Below are positions 18,662-28,240 of a DNA stretch of 64,000 bases, piece by piece. The first letter of the stretch is position 1. Every line of letters begins with the position of its first letter. Position numbers and translations under genes: made by a program. Where the stretch lies: NCBI GenBank assembly GCA_036733925.1, contig DAIMZO010000001.1:31605-95604 (forward strand). Reading direction: 5' to 3'. The notes beneath the pieces are model-generated. The model saw nothing but the letters and a program-made list of their open reading frames with translations, was not told where the DNA came from and did not search any database. This stretch comes from Selenomonadaceae bacterium (GTDB taxonomy: Bacteria > Bacillota > Negativicutes > Selenomonadales > Selenomonadaceae).

Positions 18662-19441
18662 ATGGATCAGAATGAGGAAGATGTGCTGGAACTCGGCGGA
18701 CGGAAATTCCATTCGCGCTTTATTCTCGGCTCGGGGAAGTATTCGCTGAAGCTCATCGAGGCGGCGGTGAAGGATGCGGGCGCGGAGCTCGTGACGGTCG
18801 CCGTGCGCCGCGCGAACACGAAGGAGCATGAGAATATCCTCGACTACGTGCCGGAGGGCGTGACGCTGTTGCCGAATACGTCCGGCGCGCGCACGGCGGA
18901 CGAGGCCGTGCGCATCGCGCATCTCGCGCGCGAGCTCGGCTGCGGGGATTTCGTGAAGATTGAGATCATGCGCGACACGAAGTACCTGCTGCCGGATAAC
19001 GAGGCGACAATCCGGGCAACGGAGACGCTCGCCAAGGAAGGCTTCATCGTGCTGCCCTACATGTATCCGGATCTCAACACGGCGCGCGACCTCGTGGATG
19101 CGGGCGCGGCCGCGGTCATGCCGCTCGCGGCGCCGATCGGTTCGAACAAGGGCCTTGTGACGAAGGAGTTCATCCAGATCCTGATCGATGAGATTGACCT
19201 GCCAATCATCGTGGACGCGGGCATCGGCAGCCCGGCGCAGGCCTGCGAGGCCATGCAGATGGGCGCGGCCGCGGTCATGGCGAACACGGCGCTCGCGACG
19301 GCCGGCGACCTGCCGCTCATGGCCTCGGCGTTCCGCGAGGCGATTTCGGCGGGGCGCAAGGCGTACCGCGCCGGGCTTGGCCGCGTGCTCTCGCGCGGCG
19401 CGTCCGCGTCGGATCCACTGACGGGATTCCTGCGGGACTGA
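18662..19441 (+). CDS. thiG: thiazole synthase ThiG
   Basis: 259 aa. [22 protein letters not shown] and VDAGIG motifs. Confidence 0.95.
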   Translation: MDQNEEDVLELGGRKFHSRFILGSGKYSLKLIEAAVKDAGAELVTVAVRRANTKEHENILDYVPEGVTLLPNTSGARTADEAVRIAHLARELGCGDFVKIEIMRDTKYLLPDNEATIRATETLAKEGFIVLPYMYPDLNTARDLVDAGAAAVMPLAAPIGSNKGLVTKEFIQILIDEIDLPIIVDAGIGSPAQACEAMQMGAAAVMANTALATAGDLPLMASAFREAISAGRKAYRAGLGRVLSRGASASDPLTGFLRD

Positions 19442-19454
19442 GGAGGGCGGCAGC

Positions 19455-20714
19455 ATGAGCGAAGAGAAAAACAATTTTTTCATCGATTCGAAGAAACTCA
19501 GCCCGAAGGCGCTTGAGAAGAAGCATCGTCTGGAAAACGATCCGTCCTGCCGCAAAGATCCGATGGAATATTTCCCGGATATGGAGCAGATCCATCCGGA
19601 CGTGCGCGAGAAGGTCATCGCACAGATGAACGGCTATGATCCGTCGAAATACACGTCCATCGACGTGCAGCGCGCGCTCGCGCATCCGCGCTGCAGCATC
19701 GAGGATTTCAAGGCGCTGCTCTCGGATGCGGCGGCCCCGTTCCTCGAGGAGATGGCGCAGCGCGCGCGGCGCGAGACGAGCCGGCATTTCGGCAACACGG
19801 TCTACCTGTTCACGCCGCTCTACATCGCGAATTACTGCGAGAACTACTGCGTCTACTGCGGGTTCAACTGCTACAACGATATTGAGCGCCTGCAGCTGAC
19901 GCCGGAGCAGGTCGCGCACGAGATGAAGGTCATCGCGGACAGCGGCATGGAGGAAATCCTGATCCTGACGGGCGAGAGCAAGGCGAAGAGCGATGTGCAC
20001 TACATCGGCGAGGCGTGCAAGCTCGCGCGGAAATATTTCAAGAACGTCGGGCTCGAGGTCTATCCGATGAATACGGAGGATTACCGGTATCTGCACGGAT
20101 GCGGCGCGGACTACGTGACGGTGTTCCAGGAGACCTACGACCTCAAGAAATACGAGACCCTGCATCTGCTCGGGCACAAGCGCGTCTGGCCGTACCGGTT
20201 CGAGGCACAGGAGCGTGCGCTGATGGGCGGCATGCGCGGCGTCGGCTTCTCTGCGCTGCTCGGGCTCTCGGACTACCATAAGGATGCGCTCGCGACGGCG
20301 CTCCATGTCTACTATCTGCAGCGCAAATACCCCCAGGCGGAGTTCTCGCTCTCGTGCCCGCGGCTGCGCCCCATCATCAACAACGAGAAGATCAACCCGC
20401 AGGACGTCAGCGAAAAGGTGCTCTGCCGGATCCTCTGCGCCTACCGCATCTTCCTGCCGTATGTCGGCATCACGGTCTCCTCGCGCGAGAACGCGCGGTT
20501 CCGTAACGGCATCGCGAAGATCTGCGCGACGAAGATCTCGGCAGGTGTCTCGACGGGCATCGGCGACCACGAGGAGAAATACACGGGCCATGAGACCGGC
20601 AAGACCGGCGACGAGCAGTTCGAGATCTCCGATACGCGCAGCATCCGCAATATGTACGGCGATATGGAGAGCGAGGGCCTGCAGCCGGTCCTGAACGATT
20701 ATCTTTATGTCTGA
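19455..20714 (+). CDS. thiH: 2-iminoacetate synthase ThiH (radical SAM)
   Basis: Has the CENYCVYCGF CxxxCxxC motif. Size and operon position match ThiH. Confidence 0.9.
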   Translation: MSEEKNNFFIDSKKLSPKALEKKHRLENDPSCRKDPMEYFPDMEQIHPDVREKVIAQMNGYDPSKYTSIDVQRALAHPRCSIEDFKALLSDAAAPFLEEMAQRARRETSRHFGNTVYLFTPLYIANYCENYCVYCGFNCYNDIERLQLTPEQVAHEMKVIADSGMEEILILTGESKAKSDVHYIGEACKLARKYFKNVGLEVYPMNTEDYRYLHGCGADYVTVFQETYDLKKYETLHLLGHKRVWPYRFEAQERALMGGMRGVGFSALLGLSDYHKDALATALHVYYLQRKYPQAEFSLSCPRLRPIINNEKINPQDVSEKVLCRILCAYRIFLPYVGITVSSRENARFRNGIAKICATKISAGVSTGIGDHEEKYTGHETGKTGDEQFEISDTRSIRNMYGDMESEGLQPVLNDYLYV

Positions 20715-21351
20715 CCGCATAGGGGAGGCGGGAGCGCTGTCCCGCGTGATCTGCGTGACAAACCGGCAACTCGTCTCGGGCGTGAGCAAGGCGGAGGGCG
20801 GCGAGGACTGGGCGCCGTTCCTGCATCGGCTCACGGCCATCGCGGCTGCGCGGCCGTGGGCCATTGTCCTGCGAGAAAAAGACCTGTCGCCGGACGCCTA
20901 CGAGGAACTCGCGCGCCGGGTTCTTGCCATCTGCCGTCATGCTGCAGTGCCCTGCATCCTGCATAGCCATGCGGAGATTGCGCGGCGGCTCGGGGCAGAC
21001 GGCCTGCACATGCCGCTTGCTTGCCTGCGCGGAACGCCAGCAGAGCAGCGGCGCGCGTTTCCAGCGCTCGGCACATCCTGCCATTCCGTCGAGGATCTGC
21101 TCGAGGCGGAGCAGATCGGCTGCAGCTATGCATTCCTCGGGCACATCTACGCGACGGCGTGCAAGCCGGGCCTGCCGCCGCGCGGGAGGGGACTCCTGCG
21201 GCACGGCTGCGCCGCGGTGCATATCCCGGTCTACGCCATCGGCGGCATCACGCCTGCGCGGCTGCAGGAAGTCCTGAGCGATGGCGCGGCTGGCGCCTGC
21301 GTCATGAGCGGCTTCATGCGCGGCGATGTCTGGCTGACGGAAGAAGAATGA
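20707..21351 (+). CDS. thiE: thiamine-phosphate synthase ThiE (TenI-like not excluded)
   Basis: 214 aa TIM-barrel-like sequence with GADGLHMP and YAIGGI motifs. Overlaps the thiH stop. Confidence 0.7.
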   Translation: MSDRIGEAGALSRVICVTNRQLVSGVSKAEGGEDWAPFLHRLTAIAAARPWAIVLREKDLSPDAYEELARRVLAICRHAAVPCILHSHAEIARRLGADGLHMPLACLRGTPAEQRRAFPALGTSCHSVEDLLEAEQIGCSYAFLGHIYATACKPGLPPRGRGLLRHGCAAVHIPVYAIGGITPARLQEVLSDGAAGACVMSGFMRGDVWLTEEE

Positions 21352-21496
21352 TTTTTCAGCAAGCGTGTCCTGCCTTTCAGGAAAAGGCGGGGCACGCTTG
21401 CTATTTCCCGCGGAAATGAGTAAGATAGAGATAATAGGTAAAGTGTATCCAAGGAAGGATCCACGCCGAAAAAGGGGACGTAACGGAAGAATTAGG

Positions 21497-23242
21497 ATGA
21501 TGAAGATGAAACGAAGCAATCGTATACCCTTGAGCCCAATCCTGAAGCGGGTGAAGCTTTATTTCGATTTGCTGAAGCGAAGTACAGACGCTTACCTTTA
21601 TGTCGAGGATATCCCATCGAAAATCGCGATGCTCTCGCCGAACCTCGTGCAGGACTTTGACCTGCCGAGCGAGGTCATGGAGAATTTGCACGAACGCTGG
21701 GCGCAATTGATCCATCCGGAGGAGCGGGTGAATTATGAGACGTCTTTGCGGGAGATTGTGGGAAATGAGAACGTCTTTGACTGGTCGAACGAATACCGTG
21801 TGAAGACGCGCAAAGGCGAATACATCTGGGTGCGGGCCCGCGGGCGGATCGGCATGGACAGCGAGGGGAAGCCGCTGCTGTCCGTCGGCGTCATGACGCG
21901 CATGGCGCGGCGCAATCAGGCGGACGAGGTCACGGGGTTGCTCAATAAGTATCAGTTCGAGCGCGGCGTGAAGGCCGCGCTTGCGAACTGGCGCGAGACG
22001 CAGGAGGGCGGCGCCGTCCTGATTTTCGGACTCGACAATTTCAAGATTGTCAATGAGACGAACAACCGGAGTTTCGGCGATCAGGCGCTCAAGCATGTCG
22101 CGCGCGCGGTCGAGAAGATTCTGCCGGAGGGCATGACGCTCTACAAGCTTGACGGCGATGAGTATGCGACCATATACCCGGGCGCCGATGAAAAGAAGGT
22201 CGAGGAGCTTTTCGAGAGCCTGCAGAGCACGCTCTCGCACCCGCATACGATTGACGGGCGGCCGTTCTTCTGCACGGTTTCGGCGGGGACGGCCTTCTAT
22301 CCGGCGGCGGGCAAGGACTACCTCGTCCTGCACAAGCATGCCGAGGCCGCGATGGATTTCGCGAAGCAGGAGGGCAAGAATCGGAACTGCCTGTTCACGA
22401 AAGAGCAGTACAACCGCTGGGTGCGCTCAATCTCCATCCGGGATGCGCTGTTCTCGAGCGTCGAGAACGGCTGTGAGGGGTTCAGCCTGTTCTATCAGCC
22501 GCAGGTCGACGCGCGGACGCAGAAGCTCATCGGCGCGGAGGCGCTTCTGCGCTGGAAAAGCCCGAAGGGCCGCATGGTCGCGCCGATGGAGTTCATCCCG
22601 GTTCTCGAGGAGACGAAGCTGATCATCCTCGTCGGCAAATGGATTTTCGAGCAGGCCGTCAAGACCTGCAAGAAATGGCGGGAAATCCAGCCCAATTTCC
22701 GCATGAGCATCAACCTGAGCTATGAGCAGGTCCGCGACCTGTCATTCCAGGACTTTGTGCTGACCTGTCTCGAGGCCTACCGCATGCCGCCAGATTCCGT
22801 GACGCTTGAGCTCACGGAGAGCAAAATCGTCGCGGACTGGAGCTTCGTCAACAAGCAGTTTGACCGGTTCCGGCAGTCCGGCGTCCGCATCGCGATGGAC
22901 GATTTCGGCACGGGCTATTCCTCGCTCTCCTCGCTGAAGAACCTGTCCTGCGATATCGTGAAGATTGACCGCGCATTCGTCAAGGAGATCCTAGAGAACG
23001 AATTTGACCGCGAGCTCGTGAAATACACGGTGGCGCTCTGCCACAGCATCGGGATTTATTGCTGCATCGAGGGCGTGGAGGATAACGATGTGTTCCGGCT
23101 GCTGCGCGATACCTGCATGGCGGACTCAATCCAGGGCTATCTGTTCGGCCACCCGGAGAGCGAGGAGAACTTCGAGAAAAACTTCTTCCACAGCGGCGGC
23201 GTGATGCCGGAACTGCCGCCGGAAGAACGCGCAAAATGGTAA
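21497..23242 (+). CDS. PAS - degenerate GGDEF - EAL signalling protein (predicted c-di-GMP phosphodiesterase)
   Basis: PAS-like region ([18 protein letters not shown]). GGDEF position reads DGDEY (22151-22165). EAL domain is intact ([32 protein letters not shown]). Start uncertain between 21365 and 21506. Confidence 0.85.
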   Translation: MMKMKRSNRIPLSPILKRVKLYFDLLKRSTDAYLYVEDIPSKIAMLSPNLVQDFDLPSEVMENLHERWAQLIHPEERVNYETSLREIVGNENVFDWSNEYRVKTRKGEYIWVRARGRIGMDSEGKPLLSVGVMTRMARRNQADEVTGLLNKYQFERGVKAALANWRETQEGGAVLIFGLDNFKIVNETNNRSFGDQALKHVARAVEKILPEGMTLYKLDGDEYATIYPGADEKKVEELFESLQSTLSHPHTIDGRPFFCTVSAGTAFYPAAGKDYLVLHKHAEAAMDFAKQEGKNRNCLFTKEQYNRWVRSISIRDALFSSVENGCEGFSLFYQPQVDARTQKLIGAEALLRWKSPKGRMVAPMEFIPVLEETKLIILVGKWIFEQAVKTCKKWREIQPNFRMSINLSYEQVRDLSFQDFVLTCLEAYRMPPDSVTLELTESKIVADWSFVNKQFDRFRQSGVRIAMDDFGTGYSSLSSLKNLSCDIVKIDRAFVKEILENEFDRELVKYTVALCHSIGIYCCIEGVEDNDVFRLLRDTCMADSIQGYLFGHPESEENFEKNFFHSGGVMPELPPEERAKW

Positions 23243-23252
23243 AGGAGACAAA

Positions 23253-23744
23253 ATGCCAAGAGACAAAGAAAAAGAGAACATCACGCTTCTCGGCGAGAAG
23301 AATGTTCCCTATGACTACGACTACCATCCAGAGCGGCTCGAGACCTTCGAGAACAAGCATCCGGATCATGATTACTGGGTCAAGTTCAACTGCCCAGAGT
23401 TTACGGCGCTCTGCCCAATCACCGGGCAGCCGGACTATGCGACCATCTACATTTCGTATGTGCCCGATATCCGCATGGTCGAGAGCAAGTCGTTGAAGCT
23501 CTACCTCGTGAGCTTCCGGAACCACGGGGATTTCCACGAGGATGTGGTCAACGTCATCCTGAAGGATCTCGTGAAGCTCATGGATCCGAAGTACATCGAG
23601 GTCTGGGGCAAGTTCCTGCCGCGCGGCGGCATCTCCATCGACCCGTATACGAACTACGGCAGGCCGGGCACGAAATACGAGAAGCTCGCGGAGCACCGCT
23701 TCATGGAGCACGACCTCTATCCGGAAAAGGTGGATAACCGATGA
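23253..23744 (+). CDS. queF: NADPH-dependent 7-cyano-7-deazaguanine (preQ0) reductase
   Basis: 163 aa. [23 protein letters not shown] is the QueF type I signature. Confidence 0.9.
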   Translation: MPRDKEKENITLLGEKNVPYDYDYHPERLETFENKHPDHDYWVKFNCPEFTALCPITGQPDYATIYISYVPDIRMVESKSLKLYLVSFRNHGDFHEDVVNVILKDLVKLMDPKYIEVWGKFLPRGGISIDPYTNYGRPGTKYEKLAEHRFMEHDLYPEKVDNR

Positions 23745-24565
23745 AAAGACAGAAACGCATCGCACTCGTCAACGATATCACGGGCTTCGGCCGCTGCTCG
23801 GTGGCCGTGGAACTCCCGCTGATCTCGGCGATGAAGGTGCAGGCGTGCCCGCTGCCGACGGCAATCCTTTCGGCGCACACCGGCTTTCCGAATCATTTCC
23901 TCGACGATTATACGGATCGCATGAAGCCGTATATCGACAGCTGGGAGCAGAATCACCTTGAATTTGACGGCATCGCGACGGGGTTCCTCGGCTCGGCGGA
24001 ACAGATTGACATCGTCATCGACTTCATCCGGCGGTTCAAGCGGCCCGCGACGCGCGTGATGGTCGACCCCGTGATGGGGGACTACGGGAAGCTCTACTCG
24101 TCGTATACGGAGGAAATGTGCGTCCGCATGCGGAGGCTCCTCGCGTATGCGGATATCGTGACGCCGAACCTGACGGAGGCCTGCCAGCTGCTCGGGCGGC
24201 CGTATCCGGCAGGCGGCCGCGTCGACGAGCAGGAACTCGCGTACATGGCCGCGGAGCTTGCGGACCGCGGGCCGGCGCAGGTCGTGATCACGGGGCTCAG
24301 TGAGGGCGATGAGATCGAGAACTATATCTACGAGGCGAACCGCGGCAAGATGCTGCGGCAGAAGAAGATCGGCGGGGATCGGTCGGGGAGCGGCGACGCT
24401 TTTGCGGCCATCGTCAGCGCGAGCCTGATCAACGGCGACAGCCTTGAGCACGCGGTGAAGCGGGCGGCGGACTTCATCAGCAAATGCCTCGCCTACGCCG
24501 TGGAGCTCGACCTCCCGTGGAACTACGGCCTGCCGTTCGAGGAGTATCTGATCGAGCTTCGGTGA
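23741..24565 (+). CDS. pdxK: pyridoxal/pyridoxamine kinase
   Basis: 274 aa ribokinase-fold protein. Has N-terminal [14 protein letters not shown] and C-terminal GSGDAFAA anion-hole motifs. ATGA overlap with queF. Confidence 0.85.
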   Translation: MKRQKRIALVNDITGFGRCSVAVELPLISAMKVQACPLPTAILSAHTGFPNHFLDDYTDRMKPYIDSWEQNHLEFDGIATGFLGSAEQIDIVIDFIRRFKRPATRVMVDPVMGDYGKLYSSYTEEMCVRMRRLLAYADIVTPNLTEACQLLGRPYPAGGRVDEQELAYMAAELADRGPAQVVITGLSEGDEIENYIYEANRGKMLRQKKIGGDRSGSGDAFAAIVSASLINGDSLEHAVKRAADFISKCLAYAVELDLPWNYGLPFEEYLIELR

Positions 24566-24581
24566 CACCTCAGATCAGCCT

Positions 24582-24614
24582 GCCCCTTCCGGCTTCGAAG
24601 AAGCCGGAAGGGGC
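24582..24614 (+). terminator. very stable GC-rich hairpin (terminator-like, no U-tract)
   Basis: GCCCCTTCCGGCTTC-gaa-GAAGCCGGAAGGGGC, a perfect 15 bp stem. Confidence 0.45.
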
Positions 24615-24650
24615 AAGTACCGGACAATTCTATCTTTAGGAGGCATCGTT

Positions 24651-25313
24651 ATGATAGTCTATGCAACGCATGCGGGCGGGCACTATCTGCCGCTCGACGA
24701 ATCCCTGAAAGAACAGCCGGAGGGGAAGCGCAATCTCTATGTCAACATCACGAACCAGTGCAACTGCAGCTGCACGTTCTGCCTGCGCAATATGAAGAAA
24801 ATGGGGGCGGAGGCGTCGCTCTGGCTCAAGAACGGCGAGCCGACGGTAGACGAAGTGAAGAAAGCGCTTGACGCGGTGCCTTGGGACTATATCCGGGAAG
24901 TCGTGTTCTGCGGTTTCGGTGAGCCGACCATGCGCCTGCCGGAGCTGCTCGAGCTGCTGGCCTATGTCAAAAAGACGCATCCGGGCATGCCGACGCGCCT
25001 GAACACGAACGGGCTTGCGGAACTCCAGTATGGGGCGGACGTCGCGAGCAAGTTCCAAGGCATCCTCGACACCGTTTCCATCAGCCTCAACGCGTCGAAC
25101 GCTGAACGCTATTACGAGCTGACGCGCGCGCGTTTCGGGCTCGCGTCCTACGAGGGCATACTGACTTTCGCCGAACATTGCAAGAAATACGTGCCGAACG
25201 TCGTCATGACGATTGTCGACAAGGTAGAAGGCCTCGAGGAAATCGAGAAGTGCAAGCAGATCTGCGCGGCGCGGCATCTGAAGCTCCGCATCCGCCCATA
25301 CGAGGACTCCTGA
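24651..25313 (+). CDS. radical SAM protein (small, TatD-associated-type architecture)
   Basis: 220 aa. NITNQCNCSCTFCLR CxxxCxxC motif near the N-terminus. AGGAGG RBS. Confidence 0.8.
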   Translation: MIVYATHAGGHYLPLDESLKEQPEGKRNLYVNITNQCNCSCTFCLRNMKKMGAEASLWLKNGEPTVDEVKKALDAVPWDYIREVVFCGFGEPTMRLPELLELLAYVKKTHPGMPTRLNTNGLAELQYGADVASKFQGILDTVSISLNASNAERYYELTRARFGLASYEGILTFAEHCKKYVPNVVMTIVDKVEGLEEIEKCKQICAARHLKLRIRPYEDS

Positions 25314-25330
25314 TTTATAGAGAAACGAAT

Positions 25331-25374
25331 TAGACCGGTTCACAACGCGATGCGTGCGAACCGGTCTATTTTTT
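25331..25374 (+). terminator. rho-independent terminator
   Basis: TAGACCGGTTC-loop-GAACCGGTCTA followed by TTTTTTGTTT. Confidence 0.8.
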
Positions 25375-25822
25375 GTTTAACATAGATACCTGTTTCCCTT
25401 TTCTATTCAGTTTTCGCGACGAACCTTCTCGAGCAAGTCCCTCGCTTTCCTCGGATATGAATCTTCGCTTTATCTTTATGTTCAGCTGAAACATGATCCG
25501 GGACACCGTCACATCTTTCCATTTATCTGACGTTGTGCGCCTGACTTCCGCCGGCCTCGGGGCTTCCGCGGCAGCTCCCTGAGCTATCGTCATCGGCCCT
25601 AACCACGCCTGATGCTGGATATTCTTTTTCTTCAACTATGCACTTGCTAGTCAGTTCGGAAAGAAGACTGGTGATGCAGAATGATCAAATAACCTTCACA
25701 TCCTTTCTATGTTACTAGAAAGCGGTTATCCGTAAGAGAAAGGCCAATTGGTTCTGAGCTTCCGCCACCCGCTCGCCCTACAGGACTCCTGGACTTCTGG
25801 CTAGCTCCTTTTCTCTTTTCAC
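25375..25822 (-). ncRNA. candidate ~450 nt structured non-coding transcript (unclassified)
   Basis: Gene-free ~590 bp gap. A minus-strand promoter lies at 25827-25855. The minus strand is purine-rich with nested hairpins (e.g. 25689-25729, 25478-25494). No RBS-preceded ORF. It runs into the hairpin at 25331-25374. Confidence 0.3.
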
Positions 25823-25826
25823 TTAC

Positions 25827-25855
25827 AGTATAGCATTATATTCAGATAATTGCAA
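25827..25855 (-). promoter_or_regulatory. candidate sigma-A promoter on minus strand (TTGCAA-17-TATACT)
   Basis: Minus-strand -35 at 25855-25850 and -10 at 25832-25827 with a 17 nt spacer. It points into the gene-free region. Confidence 0.4.
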
Positions 25856-25990
25856 GACCTATTGTCAATAAATTTGATAAAAATAGAGAGAATTCGACGG
25901 AATACGAGATAGAAACAAGAAAAAACTTTTGGTACATGGCACGCAGAATATAGTATAATAAGTAGGATGGAGTGGAAGAGAGGTATCGAA

Positions 25991-26833
25991 ATGAAACATC
26001 TGATTATCGTTCGTGGCGGCGGAGAACTCGCGACGGGTGTGATTCACTGCCTGCACCGCGCGGGTTTCCGCGTACTCGCACTCGAAAAGGCGCTGCCGAC
26101 GGCGACGCGCCGCCGCGTCGCGTTCTCGGACGCTATGTACCGCGGGAAGATGACGGTGGAGCGCGTGACCTGCTACAAGGCGGAGAGTCTCGAGGAGGCG
26201 AAGAAGCGCCTGAAGAATGGCGACGTCGTGATGCTCGACGATCCGGCAGGCAAATGCATCGAGAAGCTTTCGCCTGCCGTCGTCATCGACGCGATCACCG
26301 GCAAACATAACTATGGCACGAACCGGGCCATGGCGCCGCATACGATTGCGCTCGGCGCGGGGTTCTGCGCGGGCCGCGATGTCGACACGGTCGTTGAGAT
26401 CGCACGCGGGCACAACCTCGGCCGCCTGATCTACGAGGGCTACAGCGCGAAGGACGACCGCAGCAACGGCTATGTCGGCGTGGATCGCAATATCGAGCAT
26501 CTCGTTTTCGCGCCGGTTGGCGGGACGGTCGATGTACTCCGCACGATTTCCCAGTTCGTCAAGAAAGGGGAGTCCATCGCGCATATCCATGGCGAGGACG
26601 GCAGCATCGTCGAGATCCGGGCTACGATAGACGGCGTCCTGCGCGGCGCGGTGCACAGCGGCAGCGAGGCCGAGAAGGGACAGCGCATCGCGGATATCCA
26701 CCCGACGATGGGGCAGGAAGAGTGTTTCACGATTTCGGATAAGGCGCGCTGCATCGGCGGCAGCGTGCTCGAGGACGTCATGGCGTGGTGGCATGCGAGC
26801 CATCACCGCCGCGGCTTCCTCTCGCGCCTGTGA
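25991..26833 (+). CDS. yqeB: YqeB/EF2563-family selenium-dependent molybdenum hydroxylase accessory protein
   Basis: MKHLIIVRGGGELATGVIHCLHRAGF N-terminus is typical of the YqeB family. ATG 25991 follows AGAGAGG. Confidence 0.75.
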   Translation: MKHLIIVRGGGELATGVIHCLHRAGFRVLALEKALPTATRRRVAFSDAMYRGKMTVERVTCYKAESLEEAKKRLKNGDVVMLDDPAGKCIEKLSPAVVIDAITGKHNYGTNRAMAPHTIALGAGFCAGRDVDTVVEIARGHNLGRLIYEGYSAKDDRSNGYVGVDRNIEHLVFAPVGGTVDVLRTISQFVKKGESIAHIHGEDGSIVEIRATIDGVLRGAVHSGSEAEKGQRIADIHPTMGQEECFTISDKARCIGGSVLEDVMAWWHASHHRRGFLSRL

Positions 26834-27516
26834 GCGCGGGGAAGGGCAGCATAGCAGAGGCTTTGCTGTCCTTTTTATTTCCGCCGCACTGCCCGCACTG
26901 CCATGCCTATGTGGAAAAGCGCGGGGACTGGTGCCCGGAATGCCTTGCAGAGACCGCGCATTTCACGCTCTACCCGGGCTTCGGGAGCGTCGCGCGTGCC
27001 TGTTCGTTCGGCGCGTACCGGGGTGGCCTGCGTGACCTGATCCGCGGCCTGAAATACCAGCGGAAGGAGAGCGTGCTGCCGTATATCGGGGCAGTGCTGC
27101 ATTTCGTGTCGGAGGGCGGGCAGCGGGCGATGCTCAAGGATTTCCTGCTCCCCGGAATCCTCGCCGTGCCCGTCCCGCTTATCGAAAAGCGGCGCAAAGA
27201 GCGCGGCTTCAACCAGACGGAGCGCATCTTCGCGGTTTGCAAGCAGAAAACGGCATACGAGATGCACCAGGCCCTCATGCGGACACGGGAGACGCGGCCG
27301 ATGTACGGCCTCGGGCGCAGCGCGCGCCGCGAGAATCTGCGCGGGGCCTTCGCGCTTGCGGATGGGGCAGCGGCAGAGGAGCTCCGCGGACGCCGCATCC
27401 TGCTGCTCGACGACATCCTGACGACGGGAGCGACGCTCGACGCCTGTGCTTCCGTGCTGCGCAGGGCGGGAGCCAGCGAGGTTCTCGGTATGGTGCTCGC
27501 GAGCGACCATCGATGA
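26785..27516 (+). CDS. comF: ComF-family protein (phosphoribosyltransferase domain)
   Basis: Zinc-finger-like CPHC...CPEC N-terminus and ILLLDDILTTGATL PRTase motif. GTG 26785 follows GAGGA. GTG 26830 is an alternative start. Confidence 0.8.
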   Translation: MVACEPSPPRLPLAPVSAGKGSIAEALLSFLFPPHCPHCHAYVEKRGDWCPECLAETAHFTLYPGFGSVARACSFGAYRGGLRDLIRGLKYQRKESVLPYIGAVLHFVSEGGQRAMLKDFLLPGILAVPVPLIEKRRKERGFNQTERIFAVCKQKTAYEMHQALMRTRETRPMYGLGRSARRENLRGAFALADGAAAEELRGRRILLLDDILTTGATLDACASVLRRAGASEVLGMVLASDHR

Positions 27517-27612
27517 GTCCGATAAACTAATGTTATTTTTTTATAAAAATTCTATTGACAATGAATTTCAATTGCTATAAAATAAGAGGATAAGAAGGGA
27601 GGATGAAGTATT

Positions 27613-27819
27613 ATGTTTCAGAAAACGGATTTTTGGATTGGTCTCGCAGTAGGTGCCGTTGCCGGTATCTTCGGCTATCGCTTCATGCAGGAGCGCGAGC
27701 AGCAGATGGCAGCACTCCAGCAGGGCGCACCGACGGAGGATGTTCCGGTTGCTGAGCTGCAGCGTCAGAAGGAAGAACTTGAGGATCTGATCGCTGCACA
27801 GGAAGCTAAGCAGAAATAA
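27613..27819 (+). CDS. small single-TM protein with coiled-coil tail (function unknown)
   Basis: 68 aa. GGGAGGA RBS, hydrophobic WIGLAVGAVAGIFGY segment, own terminator downstream. Confidence 0.6.
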   Translation: MFQKTDFWIGLAVGAVAGIFGYRFMQEREQQMAALQQGAPTEDVPVAELQRQKEELEDLIAAQEAKQK

Positions 27820-27855
27820 GTTCATCGGTTTTTCAAGCTGCGATGAAGCGGGGGA

Positions 27856-27885
27856 GGGAACTGCACAAGGGCAGTTCCCTTTTCT
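27856..27885 (+). terminator. rho-independent terminator
   Basis: GGGAACTGC-acaagg-GCAGTTCCC followed by TTTTC. Confidence 0.75.
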
Positions 27886-27909
27886 TGTAGCAAGTCAGGG
27901 GGGGATGGC

Positions 27910-28209
27910 GTGAGCCTTTTCGATAGTTTGCAGATACCGACGAATCAGCTGGATCTGTTTATCCGTTCAGTGAAGATTTCGTCGTATATCCCGGGGCGCG
28001 TGCGCCTGTACAGCAAGAAGCTCATCGGGAACGCGGACCTCGAACGGCAGATCCAGGAACAGCTCGGCGCGTTCGTGGAGATCGACGCGGTGAAGACGAA
28101 TACGGTGACGGGATCGATCCTGATCCTGTATACGCCGGCAATCTTGCAGCGGAATGCGGAACTGCGCAAAGTGGAGCAATATATCATGACGCATGTCAAG
28201 AAGCGTTGA
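27910..28209 (+). CDS. HMA2-like (heavy-metal-associated-like) domain protein
   Basis: 99 aa, GTG start after a G-rich RBS. IPGRVRLYS...VTGSILILYTP pattern is shared with the next ORF and the ATPase N-terminus. Confidence 0.65.
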   Translation: MSLFDSLQIPTNQLDLFIRSVKISSYIPGRVRLYSKKLIGNADLERQIQEQLGAFVEIDAVKTNTVTGSILILYTPAILQRNAELRKVEQYIMTHVKKR

Positions 28210-28240
28210 CATCGTTCAGTTTTTTCAGAGGAGGCACAAG

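Noticed and set aside
25366-25635. 89-aa minus-strand ORF inside the gene-free region
   Set aside because: It has no Shine-Dalgarno sequence, it overlaps the terminator hairpin at its 3' end, and its composition is not protein-like. It is treated as part of the candidate ncRNA instead.
25375-25822. RNase P RNA, tmRNA, SRP RNA or a CsrB-like CsrA sponge as identity of the candidate ncRNA
   Set aside because: A local string AAGUCCAGGAGUCCUGUAGGGCGAG resembles the RNase P P4 region, but the partner ACAGAA.CCGGCUUA, the GGUAAGAGC element and the P1 pairing are absent. There is no tRNA-like GGUUCGA..CCACCA end for tmRNA. There is no GUCAGGUCCGGAAGGAAGCAGC core for SRP. About 13 GGA motifs in ~450 nt of a purine-rich strand is not clearly above expectation.
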